Positions 32,059-41,649 are shown, counted from the stretch's first letter. The stretch: DNA of 48,272 nucleotides from an uncultured Gammaproteobacteria bacterium (GCA_964582615.1 CAZORP010000008.1:3165-51436); one strand, 5' to 3'. Translations and numbers: made by a program. Notes: generated by a model from the sequence alone, not told the origin.

Positions 32059-32703
32059 TTACAGATTATAAGTAGGAACTTCAAGTACACCTGCGGCAGA
32101 AAAAGGATATCCACGGATCCACACCCTTCCCGCGAAATGATCAAAAGGAACAGCGCCAATGCGTCGAGAGTCTAAACTTGCATCGCGATTATCCCCCATG
32201 AGAAAGTATTCATCTTTCCCAAGAACCGTACGCATGGTATCAGTCGTTGGTTCGGTGAGATATGTTTCTTCGAGCGTTTTTCCATTTGGGTACGTCTCGT
32301 TATAAATCGTCACAGCTCCGTCGCGAATTTCAACCGTCTCTCCGGGAAGTCCAATAACGCGCTTGATGTAGTATTGAGATTCGTTTCCCGGTGGATGAAA
32401 AACTACCGTTTCTCCACGAAGAGGATCTCGAAAACGATACGAGAGAGCGTCAACAATGAGATACTCATTTTCATGGTAATTAGGCTCCATGGAAGCGCCC
32501 TTTACAAGAAAGGGTTGAATGAGGAAATAGTGGACAATAAACACGATCCCCATTGCAAGACCGATGATCTGAGCAAAATCAAGGACAAGACGAAGAGCTT
32601 CTTTTCCCCAACGCGGTGACGGCGTTGGCATTTGAGGGAGCTGTTCTGATACGGATTCTTGGTCTTGGGACATTTCCTGAGAGGATTCCTGGGAAGATTG
32701 CAT
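32059..32703 (-). CDS. lepB: Signal peptidase I (S26)
   Basis: Motifs VKGASMEPN (Ser nucleophile), YIKRVIGLPGE (Lys) and GDNRDASLDSR. There is an acidic Ser/Gln-rich N-terminal extension before the TM segment. Confidence 0.9.
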   Translation of the reverse strand: MQSSQESSQEMSQDQESVSEQLPQMPTPSPRWGKEALRLVLDFAQIIGLAMGIVFIVHYFLIQPFLVKGASMEPNYHENEYLIVDALSYRFRDPLRGETVVFHPPGNESQYYIKRVIGLPGETVEIRDGAVTIYNETYPNGKTLEETYLTEPTTDTMRTVLGKDEYFLMGDNRDASLDSRRIGAVPFDHFAGRVWIRGYPFSAAGVLEVPTYNL

Positions 32704-32732
32704 ACGTGATTACGGTAACAGAAAAGAAAAAA

Positions 32733-33896
32733 TTAGGCTATCTCAAGAGGCTCAAGTCCGGGCATGCGTTCACCGCTTATGAGAGCGAGCATAGCACCTC
32801 CACCCGTGGAAACATGCCATTCTTTTGGAAGCAACTTCTCTTTTGCAAGAAAGGCAACCGTATCCCCTCCCCCAACTAAAACCGATACGCCACTTTTACG
32901 AAGCGCCTTTGCAAGTGCCCGCGTCCCCTCTTGGCCCTGTTCATCTTCAATAATTCCCATGGGCCCATTCCACACAACACTTTTCGCCTTACCTATAAGC
33001 TCTATATAACTCTTGCGAGAAATTGGCCCAATATCAAAGACTCGTTCTTCTTCAGGATGCGCAACAACATCCGACGGAAGAACAATTTTTCGCTCAAAGC
33101 GATGAAGAACTCTTCGAGCCGCAGTAAGAACCTCTTTCCTTCGAAAAGTTCCTCCCGCCCCCGGAACTTCGTCACCGCGAGCCAACTGAACCGCAAGCGC
33201 AACACCACCCCCTAATAGGAGCGACTCGGCAACGACACCCAAACGCTCAAGTAAACGTACCTTGGTTTCGATCTTAGAACCCCCAACAAGAGCAAGAAGT
33301 GGATGTGCAATGGGTTTTGTAAATGCTCTCATCTCGGAGCGCATCAACTCTCCTGCAAAGCTCGGGATATGACGAGTGATAGCATGAACCGAGGCATGTG
33401 CACGATGACAGACGCCAAAGGCATTATTGATATACAGGGAAAATTCTGCGGCAAGCGAACGAGCAAACGCATCATCGTCACGCTCTTCGGCACGCCAAAA
33501 TCGAACATTTTCAAGAAGAAGAACGCTTCCCTGGGGAGCCCTTTCAAGAGCCTCGCGAACTTCGTCACCAAATACCGCGGGAACATGAATGACTTTTTTC
33601 TTTAATCTTTTTTCAAAAAGCTTCACCATTCGCTTAGTACTCCATTGAGGATCATTTTTTCCGTAAGGCTCCCCCCAATGCGTCATAAGTGCAACAATCG
33701 CCTTACGCTTAAGAAGCTCCTGAATTTCGGGAATGAGCGCCGCAATTCTTCCACGAGGACCGCCGTCATCAAGTTTTTTTGAAAGTGGTTCCCAGGGAAT
33801 ATTCGCGTCACAACGCATGAGAATACGCGTTCCCGGAAGAATGCTTTCGTGCATCAGTGCACGAAGCTCCTTACTCGCCACGAGAGCCTGTTCCAT
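32733..33896 (-). CDS. pgk: Phosphoglycerate kinase
   Basis: Motifs RILMRCDANIP, VGGSKIETK, GGGDTVAF and STGGGA. The start is ambiguous: GTG 33914 (track), ATG 33896 (chosen) or ATG 33854 (AAGGAG 12 nt upstream). The first two overlap the ndh-like stop at 33871. Confidence 0.85.
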   Translation of the reverse strand: MEQALVASKELRALMHESILPGTRILMRCDANIPWEPLSKKLDDGGPRGRIAALIPEIQELLKRKAIVALMTHWGEPYGKNDPQWSTKRMVKLFEKRLKKKVIHVPAVFGDEVREALERAPQGSVLLLENVRFWRAEERDDDAFARSLAAEFSLYINNAFGVCHRAHASVHAITRHIPSFAGELMRSEMRAFTKPIAHPLLALVGGSKIETKVRLLERLGVVAESLLLGGGVALAVQLARGDEVPGAGGTFRRKEVLTAARRVLHRFERKIVLPSDVVAHPEEERVFDIGPISRKSYIELIGKAKSVVWNGPMGIIEDEQGQEGTRALAKALRKSGVSVLVGGGDTVAFLAKEKLLPKEWHVSTGGGAMLALISGERMPGLEPLEIA

Positions 33897-35094
33897 AGGG
33901 GTATTTTCCAACACTCAGACGCAACCATGTGCGAAGAGGAAGAATAGAGAAAAAATAAAGATAATCAATACTGCAACGAATAGCCCATCCAAGAATTCCC
34001 GAACATCGAAGGTAAATTCTCGCAACTGCATACGAACCCCCGAGCGCAAGTGCAACGTGCCACGTTGGAGCACGGAAGGATTTTATAGGGTGTCCACGAA
34101 GGAGAGCTTCTACATTATACGCAACGCAAGAAGCCTCCCTTGTCGCAGCTTGGGCACTTTGAGGATCTCCACCACTCTCGCGACGCGCGTTGTCACCAAG
34201 AACAAAGATGTGTTGATGCTGTTTTGCTAAAAAGGTGTCCTCTGCAAGGAAGCGACCTCGCGAATCCTGCAAAAGACCCCATGTGTCACTTTCCGGATTT
34301 TTTCCAACTCCTCCCATGAAAACCACAAGCGATGCTTCGTGTCGACCTCCAGATGTTCGAATAGCATGCGGCTCAACTTCGCGAAGCGCTTCTTGATAAA
34401 CTTGAATAACACCAAGGGCATCTAGTCGTTTCTTTACCGCCTCCTGAACGGAAGTTGGAAAATTTGCCACGGGACCAGCACCTGCGTCATACAGCGTGCA
34501 AGTAAGCGCCGAAGATGCGAGGTTATAACGCTCGCGCCACGCCCGCACACGAAGCGCACATTCGGCGGAGAATTCAACGCCACTTGGACCAGCACCAATG
34601 ATCGCAATGCTTCCCGAAGGAACCCTTTTGAGACGCACGTCTTCAGCAAGAAGATCGATGCTCTTTCCCAGATGCTCAGCGTCAGAAAATGTTTTCAAAC
34701 GGTGCGCGTATTTTTTCACTCCAGGTATGCCAAAATCCATAGCGATACCACCAAGTGCAACAACAAAAATATCAGCCCTCAATGTTGTTCCATCCTCAAA
34801 AATGACCGATTGATAATCCTTGCTGAAACCAGAAAATGTTCCGGGACGAAATCGAATGTTCCAACTCTTGCAAAGAGTATCAAGGGGAATTCTCGCTAAG
34901 GCACGCAACTGACGACTACGCGAAGGGTATCGGTCAAGAAATCCCGCAGCAAGCGAATAAAGCCAAGGCGTATAGACGTGATAACGCTCCTTATCACAGA
35001 GCACGATTTCAACATCCTTCAACGAGCGCTTTGCCAGGCGAACCGCAACTGTGAGTCCACCAAATCCTCCACCAAGAATGACAACGCGGCGCAT
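33871..35094 (-). CDS. FAD-dependent pyridine nucleotide-disulfide oxidoreductase, type II NADH dehydrogenase-like
   Basis: 407 aa. The first Rossmann motif is RVVILGGGFGGL and the second dinucleotide fold is IAIIGAGPSGVE. VFVLGDNA follows near the C-terminal third. Confidence 0.75.
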   Translation of the reverse strand: MRRVVILGGGFGGLTVAVRLAKRSLKDVEIVLCDKERYHVYTPWLYSLAAGFLDRYPSRSRQLRALARIPLDTLCKSWNIRFRPGTFSGFSKDYQSVIFEDGTTLRADIFVVALGGIAMDFGIPGVKKYAHRLKTFSDAEHLGKSIDLLAEDVRLKRVPSGSIAIIGAGPSGVEFSAECALRVRAWRERYNLASSALTCTLYDAGAGPVANFPTSVQEAVKKRLDALGVIQVYQEALREVEPHAIRTSGGRHEASLVVFMGGVGKNPESDTWGLLQDSRGRFLAEDTFLAKQHQHIFVLGDNARRESGGDPQSAQAATREASCVAYNVEALLRGHPIKSFRAPTWHVALALGGSYAVARIYLRCSGILGWAIRCSIDYLYFFSILPLRTWLRLSVGKYPYGTGSRGE

Positions 35095-35097
35095 ATG

Positions 35098-35538
35098 CTA
35101 ACGAGAAAGAAACATATCCCCTCCATAAACTCTTCCCCAATGAGCGAATATCGCAAAAAGAAGGAATCCACCCACAAGAAGTGTTCCCGGCCCCCACATA
35201 ATCCACGCCTGTCTCCACGCGGGAAGAAGCATGGCGACAAAAAGCACAAGGAGCATTCCCGCATGAACACGTGTGCCTATTCCAAGCGCGAAACCAACGC
35301 ACGCCTCATAGCTATAGATTTTCCAAAATGACCATGAACATACCGTTGCAAAGAACTCAAGAAAAGGAACCGTTCCCTCGCGAACAATTGCAAGAATATC
35401 AGGCATGCCGGCATGAAGCCTTAAAAGCATTACTAGCGCCGACCACGCAAGGATGCCTCGCAAAAAAGCTAATAAAAAACCAGAAACAGCGAGGTGTTCT
35501 CGATGAAAAAGATGTTCGGCGGGGAAAAACTTCTTCAT
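35098..35538 (-). CDS. DoxX-like small integral membrane protein
   Basis: 146 aa with about 4 TM segments. EACVGFALGIGTRVHAGMLLVLFVAML resembles the DoxX core E..gG..L..G..tR.aa. The ATG overlaps the gap stop (ATGA). Confidence 0.5.
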   Translation of the reverse strand: MKKFFPAEHLFHREHLAVSGFLLAFLRGILAWSALVMLLRLHAGMPDILAIVREGTVPFLEFFATVCSWSFWKIYSYEACVGFALGIGTRVHAGMLLVLFVAMLLPAWRQAWIMWGPGTLLVGGFLLFAIFAHWGRVYGGDMFLSR

Positions 35539-36542
35539 ACATCAAGCGACACGGCAAGATCGATAAGCCGATGTGCGTACCCCCACTCGTTGTCATACCA
35601 CGCAACAATCTTCACAAGCGTTCCATCGACCACCATGAGAAGTGGTATATCAATCGTGCAAGAATGTGAGGATCCTTTAAAATCCGAAGAAACACATGGG
35701 TCTGTCGAAGTGGCAAGAATTCCCCTCCAACGAGGGTCTTGTGCGGCTTGCGTAAAGCAATTTGCTAATTCTTCAACGGTAACCGGCTTTCGGAGAACCG
35801 CGACAACATCAAGAAGTGACACCGTCGGAAGAGGAACTCTTACCGAAATGCCATTACATTTTTGGGAAAGTTGCGGCAGTGTTTTTGCAACCGCACGAGC
35901 CGCTCCTGTGGTTGTAGGAATCATATTCTCAACCGCAGATCTTCCCTCTCGCAAATCTTGTTTTGGACTATCAACAAGCGCCTGCGAGGCAGTAAAGCTA
36001 TGCACCGTCGTGAGGAGCGACGAAGCAACTCCAGCGTACTCATCAAGAACCGCGAGAATTGGTGCGGCCGCATTTGTGGTACAGGAAGCATTGCTCACGA
36101 TATGACTCCACGGCAATGCCTCACCCTGACGTGCATTGACTCCATAAACATACGTTGGAATTTGATCATCCTTTGCGGGAGCGGAGAGAACCACATGTCG
36201 AGCTCCTGCTTTTACATGGAGCATTGCTAGCTCTTGCGTTAAAAAAAGTCCCGTACATTCAAGCACGACATCAACCTCTAACCTCTCCCAAGGAAGTCGA
36301 GTAGGATCTTTTTCTTGAAATACGGGAATATCCTGCCCTGCAATACGCAATGTTTGCTGATCTTTTACAGATACAGGAACATTCCAAGTTCCATAGTTCG
36401 AATCGTACGTCAAAAGATACGACAACGTTGCAATGGGAGCGAGATCGTTAATTGCAACAAGTTCAAGATCATCCCTCCCCCAAAGCGCACGACACGCCAT
36501 CCTTCCAATTCTTCCAAATCCATTAATTGCAACGCGAAGCAT
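35535..36542 (-). CDS. gap: Glyceraldehyde-3-phosphate dehydrogenase
   Basis: Motifs RVAINGFGRIGR, SNASCTTN and WYDNEWGY. The ATG at 36542 (MLRVAING) is preferred. The track's longer start would run through the tsf terminator hairpin. Confidence 0.92.
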   Translation of the reverse strand: MLRVAINGFGRIGRMACRALWGRDDLELVAINDLAPIATLSYLLTYDSNYGTWNVPVSVKDQQTLRIAGQDIPVFQEKDPTRLPWERLEVDVVLECTGLFLTQELAMLHVKAGARHVVLSAPAKDDQIPTYVYGVNARQGEALPWSHIVSNASCTTNAAAPILAVLDEYAGVASSLLTTVHSFTASQALVDSPKQDLREGRSAVENMIPTTTGAARAVAKTLPQLSQKCNGISVRVPLPTVSLLDVVAVLRKPVTVEELANCFTQAAQDPRWRGILATSTDPCVSSDFKGSSHSCTIDIPLLMVVDGTLVKIVAWYDNEWGYAHRLIDLAVSLDV

Positions 36543-36549
36543 ATGACGT

Positions 36550-36558
36550 ATTGTAGCA
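36550..36558 (-). promoter_or_regulatory. Extended -10 element TGcTACAAT, 7 nt upstream of the gap ATG (leaderless candidate)
   Basis: The minus strand reads tttcttttcTGcTACAATacgtcatATGCTTCGC. There is no Shine-Dalgarno sequence and no recognisable -35. Confidence 0.4.
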
Positions 36559-36560
36559 GA

Positions 36561-36587
36561 AAAGAAAATCACCCCGTGTGGGGTGAT
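36561..36587 (-). terminator. Intrinsic terminator after tsf
   Basis: The hairpin ATCACCCC-acac-GGGGTGAT (8 bp) starts 4 nt after the tsf stop and is followed by TTTCTTT on the minus strand. A T7 run also follows it on the plus strand, so it looks bidirectional. Confidence 0.6.
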
Positions 36588-36591
36588 TTTT

Positions 36592-37182
36592 TTACGCTCC
36601 AAGCGTCATGCGAACAAAGCGGCCAATCTTCAAATTCTCACCAATCTTCAATACCTGCTGTTCAAGCACCTGCGTTACCGTCAACGCATCGTCTTTTACG
36701 AACTTCTGGTCCATAAGCACGATATCTTCAAAGAATTTATTCATCTTTCCTTCGAGAATCTTCTCAACAACCTCAGCAGGCTTTCCTTCTGCCGCAAGCT
36801 GTTCGCGGTGAATTGCCATTTCGCGAGCAACGACATCAGTAGGAACCTCCTCACGGGTAGTATATTGAGGAGCCGCTGCAGCAATGTGCATTGCAAGATC
36901 CTGACAGAATGCAATGAAATTTTCATTTCGAGCAACGAAGTCTGTTTCACACATAACCTCTACAAGAACTGCGAGCTTTCCATTTCCATGGAGGTAGGTC
37001 TGTACGCGTCCCTCTGCGGTTGCACGCTCTGCTTTCTTTGCAGCCTTTGCCGCACCGCTCTTGCGAAGAAGATCAACCGCCGCATCAAGATTTCCCTGAG
37101 CTTCGGTGAGCGCCTTCTTTGCATCCATCATTCCTGCACCAGTCATTTCACGCAACTTTGCGATATTTTCTACGGTAACCAT
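36592..37182 (-). CDS. tsf: Elongation factor Ts (short form)
   Basis: 196 aa beginning IAKLREMTGAGMMDAKKALTEAQGNLDAAVDLLRKSG (UBA-like N-terminus). It sits downstream of rpsB. Confidence 0.92.
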   Translation of the reverse strand: MVTVENIAKLREMTGAGMMDAKKALTEAQGNLDAAVDLLRKSGAAKAAKKAERATAEGRVQTYLHGNGKLAVLVEVMCETDFVARNENFIAFCQDLAMHIAAAAPQYTTREEVPTDVVAREMAIHREQLAAEGKPAEVVEKILEGKMNKFFEDIVLMDQKFVKDDALTVTQVLEQQVLKIGENLKIGRFVRMTLGA

Positions 37183-37213
37183 ACGATGGTTTTGAGTTAA
37201 TGTAAGTTAAGGA

Positions 37214-37927
37214 TTACGCAACCTTTTTCTCCTCTCGGATCACACGCTTCTTTCCCTCGTTGATTGCTTGTGCAATTGCGCGAGAAATGAGCGTGATAGA
37301 ACTTACCGCGTCGTCATTTCCTGGAATTACATGAGCAACGCCTGCTGGATTTACGTTCGTGTCAACAAGTGCAACAACAGGAAGGTGCACGGATTGCGCT
37401 TCGCGAATAACCGTCTTCTCATTGCGAGCATCAACAACAAAGAGCGCTTCTGGCATGCGGGTAAGCGTAGAGATACCTCCGATCTTTTCATCGAGTTCAG
37501 CGATTTCGCGATCGAAGTTCAACTGTTCAAGCTTCGTATACTTTTTAAGTTCACCCTTTTCACGCTTGTCTTTAAGTGAAAGGTAGTGACGAATAAGACG
37601 CTGGATCTGTGCCCAGTTGGTGAGCGTTCCACCGAGCCAACGGCTTGTAACGTATGGCATGCCACATGCACGAGCGGCTTCAGCGACCGCTTCCTGTGCC
37701 TGACGCTTGGTTCCAACAAAGAGCACAACGCCACCCTTTGCGGCAATGTCTTCAACAAATGCCGCCGCAGTTCCAAGTTGAGCTTGAGTTTTTTCAACAT
37801 CAACAACGTGAATACCCTTTCGTTCACCAAAAATAAATGCGCTCATTTTTGGATGCCAGTGAGCACTGCGGTGTCCAAAGTGCACACCTGCCTTAACGAG
37901 ATCTTGTACCGAAGGAAGAGAAATCAT
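37214..37927 (-). CDS. rpsB: 30S ribosomal protein S2
   Basis: 237 aa with LVKAGVHFGHRSAHWHPKM, RWLGGTLTNW and VALVDTN. Confidence 0.95.
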   Translation of the reverse strand: MISLPSVQDLVKAGVHFGHRSAHWHPKMSAFIFGERKGIHVVDVEKTQAQLGTAAAFVEDIAAKGGVVLFVGTKRQAQEAVAEAARACGMPYVTSRWLGGTLTNWAQIQRLIRHYLSLKDKREKGELKKYTKLEQLNFDREIAELDEKIGGISTLTRMPEALFVVDARNEKTVIREAQSVHLPVVALVDTNVNPAGVAHVIPGNDDAVSSITLISRAIAQAINEGKKRVIREEKKVA

Positions 37928-38044
37928 AAATCCTTTTTTCCGCGACGTCTCACGATGCGCCCCTATAACTTAGAGGGGAGGATGCATGGTGGTGAATAAC
38001 GCCTGAGAGATAAAATAAATAAAATTAGCTGAAAAGCTGCCAAT

Positions 38045-38073
38045 AGGTTACATTTTTTGGCTTTTTTTGTCAA
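38045..38073 (-). promoter_or_regulatory. Possible rpsB-tsf promoter (TTGACA-N17-TAACCT), giving a ~110-nt leader
   Basis: The minus strand reads ctcTTTGACAaaaaaagccaaaaaatgTAACCT. The -35 is perfect; the -10 is weak. Confidence 0.3.
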
Positions 38074-38161
38074 AGAGTTAGCGAAGAACTCGTCACTTGT
38101 GCCAAATAGCATCCTACATTTAGATAAATCCGCCAACGCCAAAGACCAACCGAGGGAAATT

Positions 38162-39208
38162 CTACCTAATAAACATTGCGTCGCCAAAGGAAAAGAACCT
38201 ATACCCACAGCGCTTTGCCTCTTCATAGGCATGAAGTACCGATGCTCTTCCCGCAAATGCAGAAACAAGCACGAGAAGCGTTGATTCTGGAAGGTGAAAA
38301 TTTGTCATAAGTCCCGAAATGATGGCAAAAGAAAATCCGGGAGTGATAAAAAGCGAAACTCCCCCGGAAAATCCCCGCAAAACTCCCCCATGCAGTGCCG
38401 CAACACCCTCAAGGACCCTCACCGTCGTTGTTCCAATGGCAATAATTCGACGACCCTCCTGTTTTGCTTGCATAATCCGACGCGCTGATTCTTCCGAGAG
38501 AAAAACCTGCTCTTCGTGCATGCGGTGTTCGGATAACAGCTCTGTTTGCATGGGCCTAAACGTACCTATGCCAACATGTAGAACAACTTCCTCGCACTGA
38601 ACCCCCATATCCCTGAGCTCCCGAAGAAGCTCAGGGGTAAAATGAAGACCCGCCGTTGGCGCGGCGACGGATCCAACCTCCCGTGCGTATACCGTTTGAT
38701 AAAGCGACTCTTCTTCGGGAGCGAGTTTTGCAATATAGGGCGGCGTAGGAACCGATCCGTAACGCTCGCAGTGCGCAAAAAACTCCTCAGCTGAACACCC
38801 TGTATCAAGAACCGCCGTTCCGTCCTCGTGCTTTTTTTGAACATTTACACGAAGAAATACCTCCCCTTCTTCAGATATCAGGTCAAGGAAAGCTTGCTCT
38901 TGAATCTTTTTACCTGGACGAAGAAGAGCAACCACTCCACCATCTTGCACTTGCAAAATAAAAACTTCAGCATCCCCGCCACTCTCGCGTCGAGCACGAA
39001 GTCGCGCTCGAAAAACCTTTGAGCGATTAAAAACCACCACATCCCCCGCACGAAATTCATGAATAAGATCTCGAACATGTCTATGCACAATATCTCCAGA
39101 AACTCTATCTAGCACCAAAAGTTTTGCAGAATCACGAGGATTTACAGGGGTTTGCGCAATGAAAGACGCTGGGAGATCGTAGGAAAAATCCTGTACGCGA
39201 AGAGACAT
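38162..39208 (-). CDS. queA: S-adenosylmethionine:tRNA ribosyltransferase-isomerase QueA
   Basis: Motifs [39 protein letters not shown] and [10 protein letters not shown]. The ATG at 39208 is preferred over the TTG at 39217. Confidence 0.9.
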   Translation of the reverse strand: MSLRVQDFSYDLPASFIAQTPVNPRDSAKLLVLDRVSGDIVHRHVRDLIHEFRAGDVVVFNRSKVFRARLRARRESGGDAEVFILQVQDGGVVALLRPGKKIQEQAFLDLISEEGEVFLRVNVQKKHEDGTAVLDTGCSAEEFFAHCERYGSVPTPPYIAKLAPEEESLYQTVYAREVGSVAAPTAGLHFTPELLRELRDMGVQCEEVVLHVGIGTFRPMQTELLSEHRMHEEQVFLSEESARRIMQAKQEGRRIIAIGTTTVRVLEGVAALHGGVLRGFSGGVSLFITPGFSFAIISGLMTNFHLPESTLLVLVSAFAGRASVLHAYEEAKRCGYRFFSFGDAMFIR

Positions 39209-39231
39209 ATACCGCAAATCCTAGCGCTTTA

Positions 39232-39260
39232 TTGACATCTTTTCAAGAATTTCGTACAAT
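39232..39260 (+). promoter_or_regulatory. Promoter of rpmE (TTGACA-N17-TACAAT)
   Basis: TTGACA lies at 39232-39237, the 17-nt spacer follows, and TACAAT lies at 39255-39260. The track's TTG start at 39232 is this -35 box. Confidence 0.55.
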
Positions 39261-39285
39261 TTTCTCTGAAATTTTTGAGCTTCGT

Positions 39286-39585
39286 ATGAAAGCAGATATC
39301 CATCCCTCCTACTACCCACAAGCAACAATCGCTTGTGCATGTGGAGCAACCTACGTTACCGGTTCTTCAAAAGAGCGCATCGACATTGAAGTATGCGCTG
39401 CTTGCCACCCATTTTTCACGGGTAAGCAAAAGATTCTCGATACCGCTCGCCGTGTAGAAAAGTTTACAGGCCGCGTTTCTTCTGCCGCTACCGGCGTCAT
39501 GTCTGCAAAAGAAAAAGCAGCAGCACGCGCAGCACGCGCTCAAGAAAAAGACGCAAAGCGCTCCGGAAAAGCAGGTGCTCGTTAG
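39286..39585 (+). CDS. rpmE: 50S ribosomal protein L31 (Cys4 zinc type) with Lys/Ala-rich tail
   Basis: [49 protein letters not shown], with the ATG at 39286. Confidence 0.9.
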   Translation: MKADIHPSYYPQATIACACGATYVTGSSKERIDIEVCAACHPFFTGKQKILDTARRVEKFTGRVSSAATGVMSAKEKAAARAARAQEKDAKRSGKAGAR

Positions 39586-39602
39586 TATCTTTGTCTACCA
39601 CA

Positions 39603-39640
39603 AAAACGCCTTTCCTTTCGGGGATGGGCGTTTTATCTTA
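39603..39640 (+). terminator. Intrinsic terminator after rpmE
   Basis: AAAACGCC-tttcctttcggggat-GGCGTTTT is followed by ATCTTA. It lies inside the track's N-terminal extension of prfA. Confidence 0.55.
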
Positions 39641-39650
39641 TCTATCCCCT

Positions 39651-40739
39651 ATGGACTTTGAACCCATCATTCTCGAGAAGCGAAAGGAGAAACTATCTCT
39701 TGAAGAAAGCCTTAGCAATCCCGAAATCTTGAGTCAACCAAAGAAACTCAAGGAAATCAATATCGCCTACCATACGCTTTCAAAAACACTCACTATTGCT
39801 GATGAGTACGAGAAGCTCACTCGCGATCTCGCCAGCGCAGAGCAAGCGCTTCGCGAGACGCAGGATGCGGATATGCGCATGTTCGTTGAAGAAGAAATTC
39901 GCCTCTGCCAAACAAGACTTCCAGAGATTGCGAAAGCTCTCGAGCTCGCACTCCTCCCCCAAGACCCCATGGATGCACACGATGCCATTGTTGAAATTCG
40001 CGCAGGAACAGGCGGAGATGAGGCGGCACTTTTTGCAGGAGACCTCTTTCGCATGTACCTTCGCTATGCAGAACGTAACGGCTGGCGCGTCAATATCCTT
40101 TCACAATCACAGAATGACCTTGGAGGTCTCAAGGAACTTATCTGTGAAGTTCAAGGAGAAGGCGCTTACGGAACTATCAAGCTCGAAAGTGGCGTTCATC
40201 GCGTACAGCGAGTGCCTTCAACTGAAAAAGCGGGAAGAGTCCACACCTCAACAGCAACCGTTGCTATTCTTCCAAAGCTTGAAGAAGAAGATTTTTCCCT
40301 CAACCTTAAGGAGGTTACTATCGAAGCAACGACAAGCCAAGGCGCGGGAGGACAGTCGGTTAACACCACATACTCTTCATGTCGCGTGGTACACGTACCC
40401 ACGGGTATAACCGTCGTCTGTCAGGACGAGCGATCGTTTTCACAAAATAAAGATCGCGCACTTTCCGTACTTCGTGCACGTGTTTACGCTCAAGAACAAG
40501 AACGAAAACGCGCGGCACTTGATGCTGAACGACGAGGGCAAATTGGAAGCGGAGAACGTTCTGAGAAAATACGAACTTACAACTTCCCGCAAGATCGCGT
40601 AACCGATCATCGCATCAAAACAAGCTGGCACAACTTACCACTCGTTCTTGATGGAGACATTCAACACATCATTGACGCATTGCGCCTTGCCGCTCGAGAT
40701 GCTTCATTTGCCGATCTCTCAACCGACGACGATGAATAA
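39651..40739 (+). CDS. prfA: Peptide chain release factor 1
   Basis: Carries the GGQ motif ([10 protein letters not shown]) and a P-x-T type tripeptide (RVPSTE). The ATG at 39651 (MDFEPII) is preferred over the TTG at 39591. Confidence 0.92.
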   Translation: MDFEPIILEKRKEKLSLEESLSNPEILSQPKKLKEINIAYHTLSKTLTIADEYEKLTRDLASAEQALRETQDADMRMFVEEEIRLCQTRLPEIAKALELALLPQDPMDAHDAIVEIRAGTGGDEAALFAGDLFRMYLRYAERNGWRVNILSQSQNDLGGLKELICEVQGEGAYGTIKLESGVHRVQRVPSTEKAGRVHTSTATVAILPKLEEEDFSLNLKEVTIEATTSQGAGGQSVNTTYSSCRVVHVPTGITVVCQDERSFSQNKDRALSVLRARVYAQEQERKRAALDAERRGQIGSGERSEKIRTYNFPQDRVTDHRIKTSWHNLPLVLDGDIQHIIDALRLAARDASFADLSTDDDE

Positions 40740-41649
40740 CGCAACACTTTTTCATACACTCCAATCAGGAGTACAACTTCTCAAAAACGCCTGGTCTGAG
40801 GCGTTTTTTGACGCTCCACCCGATCCACACAAGGATGCTCAAACGCTTCTTGCACACGCGTATCAAAAACCGACAAGTTATCTTTTTGCACACGGAGACG
40901 AAATTGTTCCCGAAGATATTTCCACAACATTTTTCTCGTGGATTCAGGAACGAGCGAATCATAAGCCCATTGCGTACATTCTTGAAAAAAAAGATTTCTT
41001 CGGAAGAACATTTCACGTAAATGCCAACACCCTCATTCCAAGACCAGAAACCGAACTTCTCATCGAAGAAGCCCTTCGACGCATAACACCAACAACGCTC
41101 GTTCTTGATATAGGAACCGGGAGTGGAGCTATTGCGATAACGCTCGCGAAAGAGTCTACCGCCCCTATTCTTGCGGAAGATATCTCGCAAGAAGCCCTAA
41201 AAATCGCAACGCATAACGCGCAAAAACTTGGAGCTGAGGATCGTTGCACCTTTTTCCAAGGAAATCTTCTCGCACGACTTCCGGAAATTCTCACCAAGTG
41301 GCCAAGCTCTCATCCCATCAACCACCTTCTCATATGTGCTAACCTTCCCTATCTTAGCGAGCATCAGTGGGAAGCACTTGATCCACAGGTCAAGCATTAC
41401 GAGCCGAAACTCGCGCTTGTTGGCGGGGGGCCTTACGGCATGGAGCTCTACGAGCGGTTATTTAATGAGCTCGAGCAACTTTCCCCGCCTCATACACTCT
41501 CCGTGACTACGCTTTGCGAAATCGATCCATCGCAAGCAAAACTCATAGCATCCGCATGGCACGCACATTTTCCTCAAGGTACAGGCGTGGTGCTTTCCGA
41601 CTATGGAAATCTTCCAAGATTATTTATAGGAACATCCAATCCTCGCTAA
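40732..41649 (+). CDS. prmC: Release factor glutamine methyltransferase PrmC/HemK
   Basis: The SAM motif is [12 protein letters not shown]. The catalytic motif is the variant NLPY (canonical NPPY). The ATG at 40732 overlaps the prfA stop (ATGAATAA). Confidence 0.85.
   Translation: MNNATLFHTLQSGVQLLKNAWSEAFFDAPPDPHKDAQTLLAHAYQKPTSYLFAHGDEIVPEDISTTFFSWIQERANHKPIAYILEKKDFFGRTFHVNANTLIPRPETELLIEEALRRITPTTLVLDIGTGSGAIAITLAKESTAPILAEDISQEALKIATHNAQKLGAEDRCTFFQGNLLARLPEILTKWPSSHPINHLLICANLPYLSEHQWEALDPQVKHYEPKLALVGGGPYGMELYERLFNELEQLSPPHTLSVTTLCEIDPSQAKLIASAWHAHFPQGTGVVLSDYGNLPRLFIGTSNPR

Noticed and set aside
32620-32703. The Ser/Gln/Glu-rich N-terminal extension of signal peptidase I (MQSSQESSQEMSQDQESVSEQ), considered as a separate feature.
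   Set aside because: It is short low-complexity cytoplasmic sequence ahead of the TM anchor. I saw nothing to distinguish it from ordinary lineage-specific padding.
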